Shown here in pieces: positions 40,927 through 51,370 of a DNA stretch of 64,000 nucleotides (positions are counted from its first letter, which is position 1; every line of letters begins with the position of its first letter). A program made the position numbers and the translations under genes. The notes under the pieces were generated by a model. It was not told the DNA's origin, searched no databases, and was given only the letters and a program-made list of their open reading frames with translations. Where the stretch lies: positions 1 to 64,000 of the IMG/VR virus record IMGVR_UViG_3300048672_001165; one strand, 5' to 3'. This stretch comes from a virus.

Positions 40927-43900
40927 ATGACTCATAGCGTACGCCTGCCTGGCGGTGAGACTTACAATTTTGAACAAGGTATTGCTATCAGAGGTGCTGT
41001 ACTGTCGTCACCTGATGGAGCCAAAGTGCTCGGGTTGCAGTTGCCTGGGGACACTAGCCTCAGGCGCCTTTATGACTGGGTGATTGAAGCCGAGACTCGC
41101 ATCAGTGCATCTCAAGCGTCTGTACCGTTTGCGACCGGCCCTGAAGCTATTGCGGGGCTCAGTGCCACTAAGCCTGTGGGGCCTATGGGTCTTAAGGCCA
41201 TCTTTGATGCTATTCGCGCCAGCACACCCACCGCACTGGATACCTTTGCTGAGTTTGCAAACGCCATTGGAAATGATCCTCAGTTTGCAACGCATATCTT
41301 TGCACTGATCGCTGCTAAAGCACCCAGTGCTTCTCCGACGTTTACTGGACTGGTGACGCTACCAAACGTCACCAGTCAATCTAGCCCTCAGCAAGCGGTC
41401 AATATTGGCGACATGGAAGCGGCTATTGAAAATATGCTCTTAGGCTTGATGCCCCCGCCAAATGCGCCAGTGCTTGACGGTGTATCATTTGCAGTGGTAG
41501 GCACGGACTATGTACTTTCAATGAGTGCTGTGCCCAGTGATCCGAGACTCTCTATTGCTGAGTTCCAAATCTCGTTTGGTACCAATGCGCCTGTCGTCGT
41601 CACAGCAACAGGTAATTCAGCTGTTTACAGCTGGCCTGCTGCGGGTACCACTGGCGTGTCACTTGACATCACCGTTTTGGCTAAAGACAATAAGAATAAG
41701 TTCTCAACCTCCACCGTGAAAACCATCACGATGCTGGCTGAACTGATTCAACATCCAACGATCATTTACCCGGCTGCCAACGCTTCTAACGTTGAATTTG
41801 ACCCGGTCATTGAGCTGAGCCCTTTTACGGTTAACGTCGGCTCAGATACTCACGTGGCGACCAGTTGGGTTATTCGTGAGATCAGCTCTCAAGCGGTGGT
41901 GTGGCAATCGACCACAGACGCAACCAACCTCACCACCATCCACGTACCTCTAGGCTACCTGGCAGGTAGCCGTCAATATACCGTTGAGGCGACGTATCAC
42001 GGCCTCACGCTAGGTGTGAGCGGTGTAAGCCGTCAGAACTTTACAACGGCTGCTCAAAAGGTAGCTCCTGCTGCGTCGGTGAACGGCAGCAGCAATGCTG
42101 TTTTTGATAATGCTGATTTGACGCTGGTTGTTAACAGCACCATGACGACGTCGCCTGATACCGCCGTTGTCAAATACAGCTACTCGATTGGCTCACCTAA
42201 CAACCCAGTGGATAAACTGAGCGTTCTTTCACAAGAGACGCTGGTGATCCCCTATAATCAGGTGGTGTTCAATAACCAAAATCAAGCGACACTCTACGTG
42301 TGGGTCACTTACAACCATACCGGTGTGAGCGCTCAAGCTCAAATCACACTGACCAAATACGTGGCTCAGCAAGCAAGCTTCACGTACCCGTCCTATGTGA
42401 ATAACGTGGCTTTGTTTGACATTCCTGTCAAGCCTGTTTTTCAAACCACAGCTTATGTGAGTAATGTGCCTGGTGATACGCATCAGTCTACTGTGTGGAC
42501 GCTGACCAATCTTGACTCCAACTTTGTTGAACTGACCGAGACGACTGCCTCGGGCAATTTAACCAGCTGGACGCCTTCTAAACAGATGGCTGTAGGATCA
42601 CATTACGCCGTCACAGCCAAACAAGTGGGTGCTTATAACACAGCAGGGACTCTGTCTAAAGTCAGTCAGTTTTATACTGAGATGAACAGCAGCGTCAAAG
42701 TGCAGCAATCTTCAAAAACACTCTCGCCTACCGCCTTGGCATCTGCCACCAGTATTGGTCTTGGCAGTGTGGCCATCAGCCACACGGGTGACAAAATCAT
42801 GTTTGGTGACTTGGCGGCAGCGTACGCTCGCGGCGCCGTTTATACACTAGGTCGATCTGTGCTGGGTTACAGCGAACAGTCTGCTAATCTGGTTGAAATC
42901 ACGTCGCCTATTTTCATGGCGCCTGACAATACCTATTACCAGGGCTTTGGTTTTAGAAATGCACTCTCTCCTGACGGCAGCTTTGCTGTAGCGGGTGGGT
43001 TTAATTCGGTTGGGGATGCTAACCGGTACTCTAACGTCACGGTGTGGGATACTGCTTTGGGTAACGTGTACGGCTACGGAGCACCTTCTGTTTTACCAGG
43101 AGATGCTAATAACGTCAACATCTCCCACACCTGGGGGTTGGCTGCGTCTAATGCCAAGAAGCGTGTAGTGTATCACAGCGCTTACCGAACGCAAATCAAT
43201 GGCATCAATGGTACTTGGAGGCATGTGGTCGATACCATCGCACCTAACTTTACAGACCAGGTGCAGCCTTTGTTCTTATCGAGCGACAATACCAGCTATA
43301 ACGCAGCTCAGCAGTATGACCCGCGTTATCCGTTGATGGATGGCAAGTATGTCAATCTATCCATTTCTGCAGATGGCAACACCCTGGCGGTGTGCTCACC
43401 TTATCAAGCTGGTGCTAATGGAGACTTCGTCAACGTCGTCACCGTCTACCAAGTTGTCAATAAAGTCTGGGTTGTTGTAGACCGTTTCTCAGATGACATA
43501 GACCGCAGCTACACGGCACTGCAGGCTCAGAATGATCTGGCGTACATGAACACCATGAGCATGAGCGGTGATGGCAACACCATTGTGTTGGCTGGCCGTA
43601 CCCAAACCATCAACGGCTCAACCAGCGGGGAAGTCAACGTCTTCACTAAAACCGCAGGCGTGTGGTCTCTCTCTAATACGCTGAATCCAAACGTGTCCAT
43701 TCTGGACCGAGTGGGTCTGGCTGGTTTGGGTGATATTGTGTTTGGTCAAGCTGTCAGCATCAACCACGATGGTACGGTGATGGCGGTACTCTACCAAGAC
43801 CAAGCTCAACAAAAACCTGGTTTTTACGACATCTGGCGCCAAGAAAATGGGACTTGGGTTGAGATGGGTTACCGTATTGAGCCGGCCAGCGGCGTCTCTT

Positions 43901-44043
43901 TAGTGCTTAATGCACCGGGCTATCGGTTTGGTTCTTACGACTTCAAGCTCAGTGGAGACGGCTCTACGCTGGCGGTGTCAGAACCGTACTCTACCATAGG
44001 ACAAGGCGGCGCTATTTTGATCTACAAGGTCGGCAACTACTAA
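40927..44043 (+). CDS. Tail fibre/RBP paralogue 2 (1038 aa)
   Basis: LDTFAEFANAIGNDPQF..APSASPTFTG; collinear with paralogue 1. Confidence 0.75.
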   Translation: MTHSVRLPGGETYNFEQGIAIRGAVLSSPDGAKVLGLQLPGDTSLRRLYDWVIEAETRISASQASVPFATGPEAIAGLSATKPVGPMGLKAIFDAIRASTPTALDTFAEFANAIGNDPQFATHIFALIAAKAPSASPTFTGLVTLPNVTSQSSPQQAVNIGDMEAAIENMLLGLMPPPNAPVLDGVSFAVVGTDYVLSMSAVPSDPRLSIAEFQISFGTNAPVVVTATGNSAVYSWPAAGTTGVSLDITVLAKDNKNKFSTSTVKTITMLAELIQHPTIIYPAANASNVEFDPVIELSPFTVNVGSDTHVATSWVIREISSQAVVWQSTTDATNLTTIHVPLGYLAGSRQYTVEATYHGLTLGVSGVSRQNFTTAAQKVAPAASVNGSSNAVFDNADLTLVVNSTMTTSPDTAVVKYSYSIGSPNNPVDKLSVLSQETLVIPYNQVVFNNQNQATLYVWVTYNHTGVSAQAQITLTKYVAQQASFTYPSYVNNVALFDIPVKPVFQTTAYVSNVPGDTHQSTVWTLTNLDSNFVELTETTASGNLTSWTPSKQMAVGSHYAVTAKQVGAYNTAGTLSKVSQFYTEMNSSVKVQQSSKTLSPTALASATSIGLGSVAISHTGDKIMFGDLAAAYARGAVYTLGRSVLGYSEQSANLVEITSPIFMAPDNTYYQGFGFRNALSPDGSFAVAGGFNSVGDANRYSNVTVWDTALGNVYGYGAPSVLPGDANNVNISHTWGLAASNAKKRVVYHSAYRTQINGINGTWRHVVDTIAPNFTDQVQPLFLSSDNTSYNAAQQYDPRYPLMDGKYVNLSISADGNTLAVCSPYQAGANGDFVNVVTVYQVVNKVWVVVDRFSDDIDRSYTALQAQNDLAYMNTMSMSGDGNTIVLAGRTQTINGSTSGEVNVFTKTAGVWSLSNTLNPNVSILDRVGLAGLGDIVFGQAVSINHDGTVMAVLYQDQAQQKPGFYDIWRQENGTWVEMGYRIEPASGVSLVLNAPGYRFGSYDFKLSGDGSTLAVSEPYSTIGQGGAILIYKVGNY

Positions 44044-44119
44044 GTCGGCATAAGTGGCGTAGAGGTTTTTCTCCTCTACGCCTTTTTAGTTTCTTCTATA
44101 TAAACACTCAAGGATACTC

Positions 44120-47100
44120 ATGAAAGGTTACCGAGCACCTGGCGGCCAAGCCATCAATTTTGTTGATGGTTTACATGTCAAGTCTGTGGACATGCAAGGC
44201 GGCCAAGCGACGCAAGTCTTCAATGTCTCTATTGGTGGAGATGCCGTCAAGACACTCTACAATTGGATTGTCGACGCCAAAACCAAACTGGATAACATTG
44301 CAGACCCTTTGGTCTTTGCAACCAACCAATCAGCTGTAGCAGGTACAGCAACCAATGAAATCATCACACCCGCAGCCGCTAAAGCCGTGTTGGCCCAGTA
44401 CGTCGGTCAAGCCACTGCTCAGCTTGATACACTTAGAGAGTTTGCTCTAGCCATCGGAAACAATCCCAACTATGCAGCAGACCTCACGGCTCGTCTGAAC
44501 AACTATGCTTCTACCGTTGACGCCGCTTTTTCAGGGCCGCTTTTGGTACCCACTGCCGTCAATCTGAATCATCAAAAGCAGTTTGTGACGCTAGAACTCT
44601 TACAAGCGCTTTTGCAAACGACGGTGTTAGGTAATCAAGCTCCGCCGTCATCGCCTTCAATTGTCAACAGCAGCCCAGCTTATAGTGGCCTCAATCTGGC
44701 ATTGACGCTGTCGAGTGTGCCTAATGTTTCTGGTACATTGACCATTTCGTCTTTCAGTGTCCAAGTCGACGGCGGCGCAGCTCAAACTGTCATTGCCAAC
44801 AATAACACGGCTATCTTCAATGTGACGGTAGCTAAGCTGGCTGGTCAAACGTTGACTGTAGCCGTCACCGCTACAGACTCTGCAGGCAAGGTCTCTCAGG
44901 TCAGTACGCGCACCTTCACCGTCGAGTCGCTGACGGTCGTGCCGCCCGTTGTCATCTACCCATCGGTGGGGTTGAGCAACGTGACGCTGCAGCCCATGCT
45001 GCAAGTTCAAAATCACCCTCTGGCCAGTAACGGTGCAGACCTTCAAGTCAGTGGACAACACGCTTCTACCACGTGGGTCATTAAAGACGCCAGCAATGCC
45101 GTTGTTTGGTCAAAGGTGGGTACAAGCGGCACTCCTGATGAACGCTACAGTGTTCAAGCGCCTGCACTCCTACCTCAAACCCTTTATACACTGGATGTAT
45201 TCTTCACGGTGACAGGTATTGGGGTATCACCTACCAGCAGTGTGGTTTTTACCACGACGCTGCCTCAAACAGTGCCTGTGGTGACCAGCCCTGTCAACAT
45301 TGCATCAGGTACAGAGTTGGTGTTTTCAGTGACCTCTGACGCGCCATATCCTGACACCAGTGTTACCAGTTTCATGTACCGTATTGACAGTAACGGTGCA
45401 GGTGCCAATTGGCTGGAACAAACAACGTCAACGGGCAGCGCAGTCATCGCCATGCCGAGTTATTCGTTTTCATCTGCGCCCGGGGCAACGCTGACCATCA
45501 GCATCTACGCCAAAGGTAACAACGGTGCAGAATCGAATCATGTCACGTTTAATGTGGCGCAAGTGATTGAAAATCCATTGACCTGGGCGATCAATACCAC
45601 TGATCTGATTTTGTCTTTTGATCACCCCACCGTATCGGTCAATCCTTGGACAAACGTGGTGGACGGTAACCACATTCAAGGGTATGACTGGGTGGTCATT
45701 GACATGGCCAACAGTAACCAATTGGCTTTGCCTGGTAGTTTCATTCCAGACACCATTGGTAATGTTGGAAATGTGTTTACCATTCCAGCCATGCTCAAAA
45801 TCAACCATCAATATCAGATGTACACCAGAGCTATTGCGCCTAAGAAAATCATTGAGTCGCCCACCATCACGTTCACGACCAGTGACGCGGCTCAGATTGT
45901 AGAAACTCAAAACATCACGCAAGTGGCAGCCAGCACAACCATTGATTATGCTACCACCATCGATGTTGATCAGACTGGGACGTCGCTGCTTATTTCTTCA
46001 CCCAGCGATGTCAGTGGTGGACAAACCACGGGTAAGGTCTTTGCTATTGACGTGGCAACTGGATCTCCAGGTGCAACGGGTACAGGACCTTCAAGTCAAA
46101 GTGGTAACAATTTAAAGTTTGGCCAGCGTATTTCATACAGCGGTGATGCTCATACCTTTGCAGCGTGTTTTGATACGCTGCCTAACGTAGAAATCTACCG
46201 AGGTAGTATTCAATCAGGCTACAGCCTGTATGCCACCATTGCTATTCATGCAGACCGACTCTACCTCAATGAGGATGGCAACTATTTAGCTGTTCGACAA
46301 TTTGTAGATACTGAGTACAGCGTCGTGGTCTATAACCTCTCAGGTGTGACGCCTGTGGTGGAGTATACCGTGACAGCGGACATGATCCATTCGCCACCTG
46401 GTACGGTGTACAGCTCGGCAGGGGAATCTTGGCGAACAGGCAACGTCATTCGCTTGAGTGCGGATGGGAAATACTTGGTGATGGGTTGCTGTACAAACTA
46501 CACGTATGGTTCTGCCAATCGTGAGTTGTCAGCGTTTGTTTTCAAAAATACCAGTGTGGGTTGGGCCAAAGTAGGCGCTGTCTTTTCTGATGACAAAACC
46601 TCTTACGGCTCACTGGGTATGGACACCCAAGATAACTGGCTGGACATTGATGCTAACTGCTCTCGGATTGCCATTGGCATGCCTGAGCAACCTAGTCAAT
46701 GTGTAAAAATTTGGGACGTCAACGACTATACCACAGACACCCCTACTTTTTCTGCTCCCGTGGTGATCACGGATGCTTCAACTTTGGTGATGAGTCAAAG
46801 TCGGTTTGGTTTTTCTGTTTGTTTGTCGTCAGATGGACAGCGCTTGGCTGCTACCAGCTTGAACGCCGCCAGCGTCTACATCAACAGCACCATCACCAGT
46901 TATGTGATCGGTAAATTCTCTGTCTTTGATCTCAAGCCCGCGGGGTGGACACAACAGCCTTATAACTACATCCCTAGTTTGTTCTCTGCGCAAAACACCA
47001 GTCAAACCGCAGAGATGTCACTGGGGCTGGGTACGCGCATGCGTATGAGCGGCAACGGACTCTATGTCTTTTTGAGTAATCAAGGTACGGGGTATTTAAA

Positions 47101-47161
47101 TGGGTCTTACTCCACCCCTATCAACAACACCAACGTGTACCGATTCACAATCATGCCGTGA
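44120..47161 (+). CDS. Tail fibre/RBP paralogue 3 (1013 aa)
   Basis: LDTLREFALAIGNNPN; same architecture as paralogues 1 and 2. Confidence 0.75.
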   Translation: MKGYRAPGGQAINFVDGLHVKSVDMQGGQATQVFNVSIGGDAVKTLYNWIVDAKTKLDNIADPLVFATNQSAVAGTATNEIITPAAAKAVLAQYVGQATAQLDTLREFALAIGNNPNYAADLTARLNNYASTVDAAFSGPLLVPTAVNLNHQKQFVTLELLQALLQTTVLGNQAPPSSPSIVNSSPAYSGLNLALTLSSVPNVSGTLTISSFSVQVDGGAAQTVIANNNTAIFNVTVAKLAGQTLTVAVTATDSAGKVSQVSTRTFTVESLTVVPPVVIYPSVGLSNVTLQPMLQVQNHPLASNGADLQVSGQHASTTWVIKDASNAVVWSKVGTSGTPDERYSVQAPALLPQTLYTLDVFFTVTGIGVSPTSSVVFTTTLPQTVPVVTSPVNIASGTELVFSVTSDAPYPDTSVTSFMYRIDSNGAGANWLEQTTSTGSAVIAMPSYSFSSAPGATLTISIYAKGNNGAESNHVTFNVAQVIENPLTWAINTTDLILSFDHPTVSVNPWTNVVDGNHIQGYDWVVIDMANSNQLALPGSFIPDTIGNVGNVFTIPAMLKINHQYQMYTRAIAPKKIIESPTITFTTSDAAQIVETQNITQVAASTTIDYATTIDVDQTGTSLLISSPSDVSGGQTTGKVFAIDVATGSPGATGTGPSSQSGNNLKFGQRISYSGDAHTFAACFDTLPNVEIYRGSIQSGYSLYATIAIHADRLYLNEDGNYLAVRQFVDTEYSVVVYNLSGVTPVVEYTVTADMIHSPPGTVYSSAGESWRTGNVIRLSADGKYLVMGCCTNYTYGSANRELSAFVFKNTSVGWAKVGAVFSDDKTSYGSLGMDTQDNWLDIDANCSRIAIGMPEQPSQCVKIWDVNDYTTDTPTFSAPVVITDASTLVMSQSRFGFSVCLSSDGQRLAATSLNAASVYINSTITSYVIGKFSVFDLKPAGWTQQPYNYIPSLFSAQNTSQTAEMSLGLGTRMRMSGNGLYVFLSNQGTGYLNGSYSTPINNTNVYRFTIMP

Positions 47162-47217
47162 CATGACTCGTCAGTCACTTCTTTTGTTTTTTAGTCTTTA
47201 AAAGGAGAACCTTCAGC

Positions 47218-47763
47218 ATGGTTCAAACTGTTTACGCCAAAGTTGATGAACACGGCCGCATTGACCAAATCTACAATGAGAAGTTTCTCATTGCCAACTC
47301 CAAGCCTTTGTCTGACTACGTCAAAGGCTTTGCACAAGAAGCACCCCCAGTCACGCATGCTCAGTACCTGCAGCAGCAAGCGCTGATTGATACGCAAGGC
47401 GTGCTGCAAGTCTCCTGGGTCGTCAAGAACTATACACTGGACGAACTCATCAACCGCATGTCGTTTCCTTTCAATGCGCAAGACCTCACGCAAGCTATCG
47501 TAGACGCTTGTGAAGCGTTTGTTGATGAGCAGCTTGATCTCTTTGCTCAAAAGAAAGGCTACAAGAACATGGACCGTTTGGTCTCGTTTGTGACGTCGAC
47601 GGTCGCCAGTTATAGTTACGACGCCAGCTTTGCAACTCAGCTGCGTGACCAAGTCTGGATTGAGTTCTATAAACTCATGGATCAATTCAAAGCTCGTGAG
47701 CTGCAGCTGTCTAATTCAGCTCAACTTCTGCAGCGGCTACCCTCTTTGGTGTGGCCGGATTAA
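47218..47763 (+). CDS. Tail fibre assembly/chaperone protein (181 aa)
   Basis: LD.FAQ.KGY...S......A...RD.VW...LP.L.WP motif of phage fibre-associated proteins; follows the fibre genes. Confidence 0.7.
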   Translation: MVQTVYAKVDEHGRIDQIYNEKFLIANSKPLSDYVKGFAQEAPPVTHAQYLQQQALIDTQGVLQVSWVVKNYTLDELINRMSFPFNAQDLTQAIVDACEAFVDEQLDLFAQKKGYKNMDRLVSFVTSTVASYSYDASFATQLRDQVWIEFYKLMDQFKARELQLSNSAQLLQRLPSLVWPD

Positions 47764-47788
47764 CCGACGTAACCTGATGCCTTAGACA

Positions 47789-47856
47789 CGGCATACTCGC
47801 CCCTGGCAGCTTTCCCTCTTTGAGTGGAGGGTGCTGCCAGGGGCTATATGCCGCTT
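47789..47856. terminator. Bidirectional terminator with CGGCATA/TATGCCG flanks
   Basis: GCCCCTGGCAGC/GCTGCCAGGGGC stem between convergent genes. Confidence 0.75.
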
Positions 47857-48669
47857 TTAAGGATTATTTTGAATTAGAGCTAGCGCTCTACTCTCGTCAG
47901 TCGTTTGCGCCGTGTAGAGCCGATTAGCTAGCTCCGTGGCCCCTTGTAGTTCGAGCTGTAGCGCATTAACAATCGCCAGCTGCTCATCAGCCTTATTTTT
48001 AAGCCCTATCAAGGTCAAAGCGGCATTTTGAGCTGCTGTTAAAGCCAGCACGGCGCTGTCGTCTTGGTAAGACTGTACAGTTGTTTTCAAGATGGTGAGC
48101 TGTGCATCCAAGTAAGCATAGATGGCTTGATGGCCTACAGCATCCCCCATCAGGATGGCGGTCTTAACTTCGTTAATGGCTTCAACCAGATACTCTAACC
48201 CCACCAAGTTTTGAGCAGACGTCATGTGGGCGGTGGGCGTATAGTCCACAGGGCGGTTAAGCATGTTCTCCCAATGGGGAGGACGGTTATCCCTATTGAG
48301 ATTATCCAACAGAGCTTGAGCCGTATCGAAGTTTTTACTCCAACGACCACCCAGTTCTTGGTAATCAATAGCTACACTACTGACTTGGCTGTTGAGAATC
48401 AGAATCGTTCGAAAGACCAGTAACCCACCTGTCATGGCGCTGGCTAGACTGAGCAGGTCAACGCACTTGTAATCGGTGCCTGGATTCAAAACAGCGTTGG
48501 TATCTGTTCGTCGAACGACTAGGCTTTGTTCAAAGAAAGGCGAATGCTCTGGTACAACTGAACGTACCAGTTGAGAGCCCAATGTGTGGATCTCATTGAC
48601 ACGCTTGTTGGTGGGTGCAGTACCTGTGTAGTCTGCACTGCTGGCATTAGGGACAGGAGAAGTAGCCAC
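47857..48669 (-). CDS. Virion structural protein (270 aa)
   Basis: DYTG..P.N...NE.H...PFF..SL...L..G.DY N-domain shared with the 36233 and 48701 proteins; W.N.LNRP..Y.P..H motif. Confidence 0.7.
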   Translation of the reverse strand: MATSPVPNASSADYTGTAPTNKRVNEIHTLGSQLVRSVVPEHSPFFEQSLVVRRTDTNAVLNPGTDYKCVDLLSLASAMTGGLLVFRTILILNSQVSSVAIDYQELGGRWSKNFDTAQALLDNLNRDNRPPHWENMLNRPVDYTPTAHMTSAQNLVGLEYLVEAINEVKTAILMGDAVGHQAIYAYLDAQLTILKTTVQSYQDDSAVLALTAAQNAALTLIGLKNKADEQLAIVNALQLELQGATELANRLYTAQTTDESRALALIQNNP

Positions 48670-48700
48670 GTGTGGATTCTTTCAAGATAAAGTTGAATTC

Positions 48701-50617
48701 TTAGGAAGCGTTTCGTTCAATGACAACAGACTCAAGTGCATACTTGACGTTGTTGACTGAACGTGTTTGAATCAGTTCAAACTGAACTTGATCAGTTTGA
48801 AACGTCATGTGAGTCGTCCAGACCCCTTTCGTGTCTGCAGGGTTATGTTGATAAGATCCAATCAAAACCCCATTTGCTCTCAAATCAAAGTTAAGTGTTT
48901 GACCCGGCTCTACGTGTAGAGTGATGGTGATTTGATGACTTGTTTTAGCAGCGCTGGTGACCGCTTGCGTCCAATCTACCAAAGAGGTATTAACGCTAGA
49001 GCGTCTGCTTAAGAAGGAGCGCCCTACGCCTACTTTAGACAGCACAAAAGCAAACGGGTGGCTCACATACACCATGTTAGGGATATGTTCTACTATCGCT
49101 CCTGTACCAGCCCCAAAGGCGGCGTCTTGGCGACCAAAAGAAAAGTCAAAGTCTTGCCAACCACCAGAGAAGTAAGCGTTGGAGTTGACAACACTAAAGC
49201 AGTTGTGATGACGTTTGAAATAGTCATCTAAAACATCGATTTCATACAGACTCAATAGTCGGTTATAGACCAAGAATTCGATCACTTGACCAGAGCTGTT
49301 AGGCAGAGCTTGCAAACCGACCAGTCCACCTGACTGGAGAGTCAGAGGCTTCTCTAGCCCAGACCACTTGCCGTACTGCCGAGCATTTTGACTACTCAAA
49401 AAGTAGCTTTGATTCACATCACCCGTGCATGCAAAGTAAAGCACAGTTGCATCTTGGGCATGTCCTTGATAACTCTTAGCGTAAACCATTCCGTTAATAC
49501 GGATACCCACATCTTGAGTCAAGTCGATCTCAATAGTTTCGTGAGCTAGCTTGACTTGTCCTTTGAAGTCATTACTCACCACCAAGCACAAAGTGACTTC
49601 AGCACCCGTACTCACTGCTAAACCGCTGATGTCACTCACCGCACTACTCAGCGACAGGCCAGGCCCTTGAACAGTAGCCCCATTGAGCATCAAAGACCGA
49701 GACTGCCCCGTATGGTCTCTCCAGTACGTGGTATTGTTATCAGCCACTCTAGAGAAATCAAACCAGCAGGTCAAGTCCTGTATATACTTAGGACTGTCAA
49801 AGTGCCTTTGAGTCAATGCCCACTTGGCAGCGATGTGTTTAAGGGCAAGCGCTTGCGTGATGTTTTGAAAGTATTTCTGTTGACGACTATTCATCCACTT
49901 TTGCCTGACAAGCCTGTCTTGCAGCATGATGGTGCGGTCGACTGAATCGTCAATCAACGCTTTTTGTTCTAGTGTTTCTTTACGAATATTAAAAACTTGT
50001 TGTTCAATAGCGTCTGTGATGGACTGCTGCCTTTGATCAACAAGTTGGATCAACTCAGCATTCGTCGCCGGCCAGGCCACTTGTAAGATGTGGTCATGGA
50101 TCGCCGTATCTTTGACATGCATGGCCGCTTCCAGTGCTTGTATAGGCACAGAGATCTGATCCATGTCGTAGTACGTGTAGAGTTGATGGATGTGAGGCGC
50201 AGGTGTAAACTGCTTGGGCTTTAAAATATCAGTGGTCCAATCAAACGTCTGATTTGGATCAAAGATAGCGTTGTACGCTGCAAAGAACGCCTGCCGGTTG
50301 GCGTACTCTGGACCACCCACATACTGCGCAGTGACGTTAACGCTGGTTGCAGTCACGCCAGCGGCCATCACAATGTTGCAGTGAATTGCCTTTTTGAGTT
50401 CACGACTACTCAGACTCAGGAAGTCCCCCACATGGTAGTCCACCCCCTTGGTGAGCGTGACCCCTTGATCGGTTATGACGATCAAAGAGTTGCTATAAAA
50501 AGCACCCCACTCTGGAAGAATGAGTTTGTAAACAGGTACAGGGTAGTTCTCTGTTTTCAAGTTGCTTGCCGCTTGTCCTGTTTGGTCAAACGGTAGTAAA
50601 AACACAGTGTCTGTCAT
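48701..50617 (-). CDS. Virion structural protein (638 aa)
   Basis: Same N-terminal domain (FDQTGQAASNL..GAFY..L.KGVDY; KP.QF.PAPH.H); beta-rich C-terminal region. Confidence 0.7.
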   Translation of the reverse strand: MTDTVFLLPFDQTGQAASNLKTENYPVPVYKLILPEWGAFYSNSLIVITDQGVTLTKGVDYHVGDFLSLSSRELKKAIHCNIVMAAGVTATSVNVTAQYVGGPEYANRQAFFAAYNAIFDPNQTFDWTTDILKPKQFTPAPHIHQLYTYYDMDQISVPIQALEAAMHVKDTAIHDHILQVAWPATNAELIQLVDQRQQSITDAIEQQVFNIRKETLEQKALIDDSVDRTIMLQDRLVRQKWMNSRQQKYFQNITQALALKHIAAKWALTQRHFDSPKYIQDLTCWFDFSRVADNNTTYWRDHTGQSRSLMLNGATVQGPGLSLSSAVSDISGLAVSTGAEVTLCLVVSNDFKGQVKLAHETIEIDLTQDVGIRINGMVYAKSYQGHAQDATVLYFACTGDVNQSYFLSSQNARQYGKWSGLEKPLTLQSGGLVGLQALPNSSGQVIEFLVYNRLLSLYEIDVLDDYFKRHHNCFSVVNSNAYFSGGWQDFDFSFGRQDAAFGAGTGAIVEHIPNMVYVSHPFAFVLSKVGVGRSFLSRRSSVNTSLVDWTQAVTSAAKTSHQITITLHVEPGQTLNFDLRANGVLIGSYQHNPADTKGVWTTHMTFQTDQVQFELIQTRSVNNVKYALESVVIERNAS

Positions 50618-50735
50618 AACGTCTTTTCAATTTAAAAGGGTTTAAAAGTCATAGCATTCTGCCGAGGACGGCATAAAACAACGTGCAGCACTTATAAGCA
50701 TGCTGCACGTTGTTTCAATGTCAATGACAAGCCCG

Positions 50736-51356
50736 TTAAGCGGGCGGCAGGTGCTGAAGGATGTACTGCTCTAAAGAAGCATTCTTCAGCTGTAACGCAC
50801 TCAGCTGAGCCTGTAATGTTTCGATCTGTCTGAGGTAAGACGCTTGACTCATCATGTTGTTTTGACGAACCGTATTGAGTACCGCATGGTCTTCTGGGCT
50901 GATGAGCGTCTGAGGGCCGTAAGTCATCACCTCTACACGCGACTCCACACCAATTCGGCGCTTGACCAGTTCAGCCATGTCAGTGCAAAGAGGGCCCAAG
51001 TCTACCGTGTCCGGTAGCGCAGAGAGCGCAATGCCCAGCATGGTCAAACTGTAGACAATCCCAGAGGGGTCAGGAAGACCCAGCAAATAACGATTGGGGA
51101 TCTTTAGCAGCTCTCCGTCATAAGACTGAAAAGCAATGACCTTGACACCATCGTTGACGTCTTGATCAAAGTTAGTTTCTAGCAGGCCATTAGCCTGGTA
51201 GATATCAACCATTGGGTCTTGCTCAGACGCCACCATGCCTGAGATCGATTCAATCCCAATGCACTCATAGATAGCACCATCAACTACTTTGGTATCAAAA
51301 GGAGCGCTACATTTAATCGCTCCTCGCATGCCGACATTGGGGGTAATAAAACTCAT
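50736..51356 (-). CDS. Conserved hypothetical protein (206 aa)
   Basis: AGAGG RBS; C-terminal coiled coil; lies in the structural operon. Confidence 0.7.
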   Translation of the reverse strand: MSFITPNVGMRGAIKCSAPFDTKVVDGAIYECIGIESISGMVASEQDPMVDIYQANGLLETNFDQDVNDGVKVIAFQSYDGELLKIPNRYLLGLPDPSGIVYSLTMLGIALSALPDTVDLGPLCTDMAELVKRRIGVESRVEVMTYGPQTLISPEDHAVLNTVRQNNMMSQASYLRQIETLQAQLSALQLKNASLEQYILQHLPPA

Positions 51357-51370
51357 CGTGTTTTACCTCT

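Noticed and set aside
37748-47161. Shufflon or diversity-generating retroelement acting on the fibre genes
   Set aside because: No invertase or reverse transcriptase, and no inverted crossover sites or near-identical template/variable repeat pair seen.
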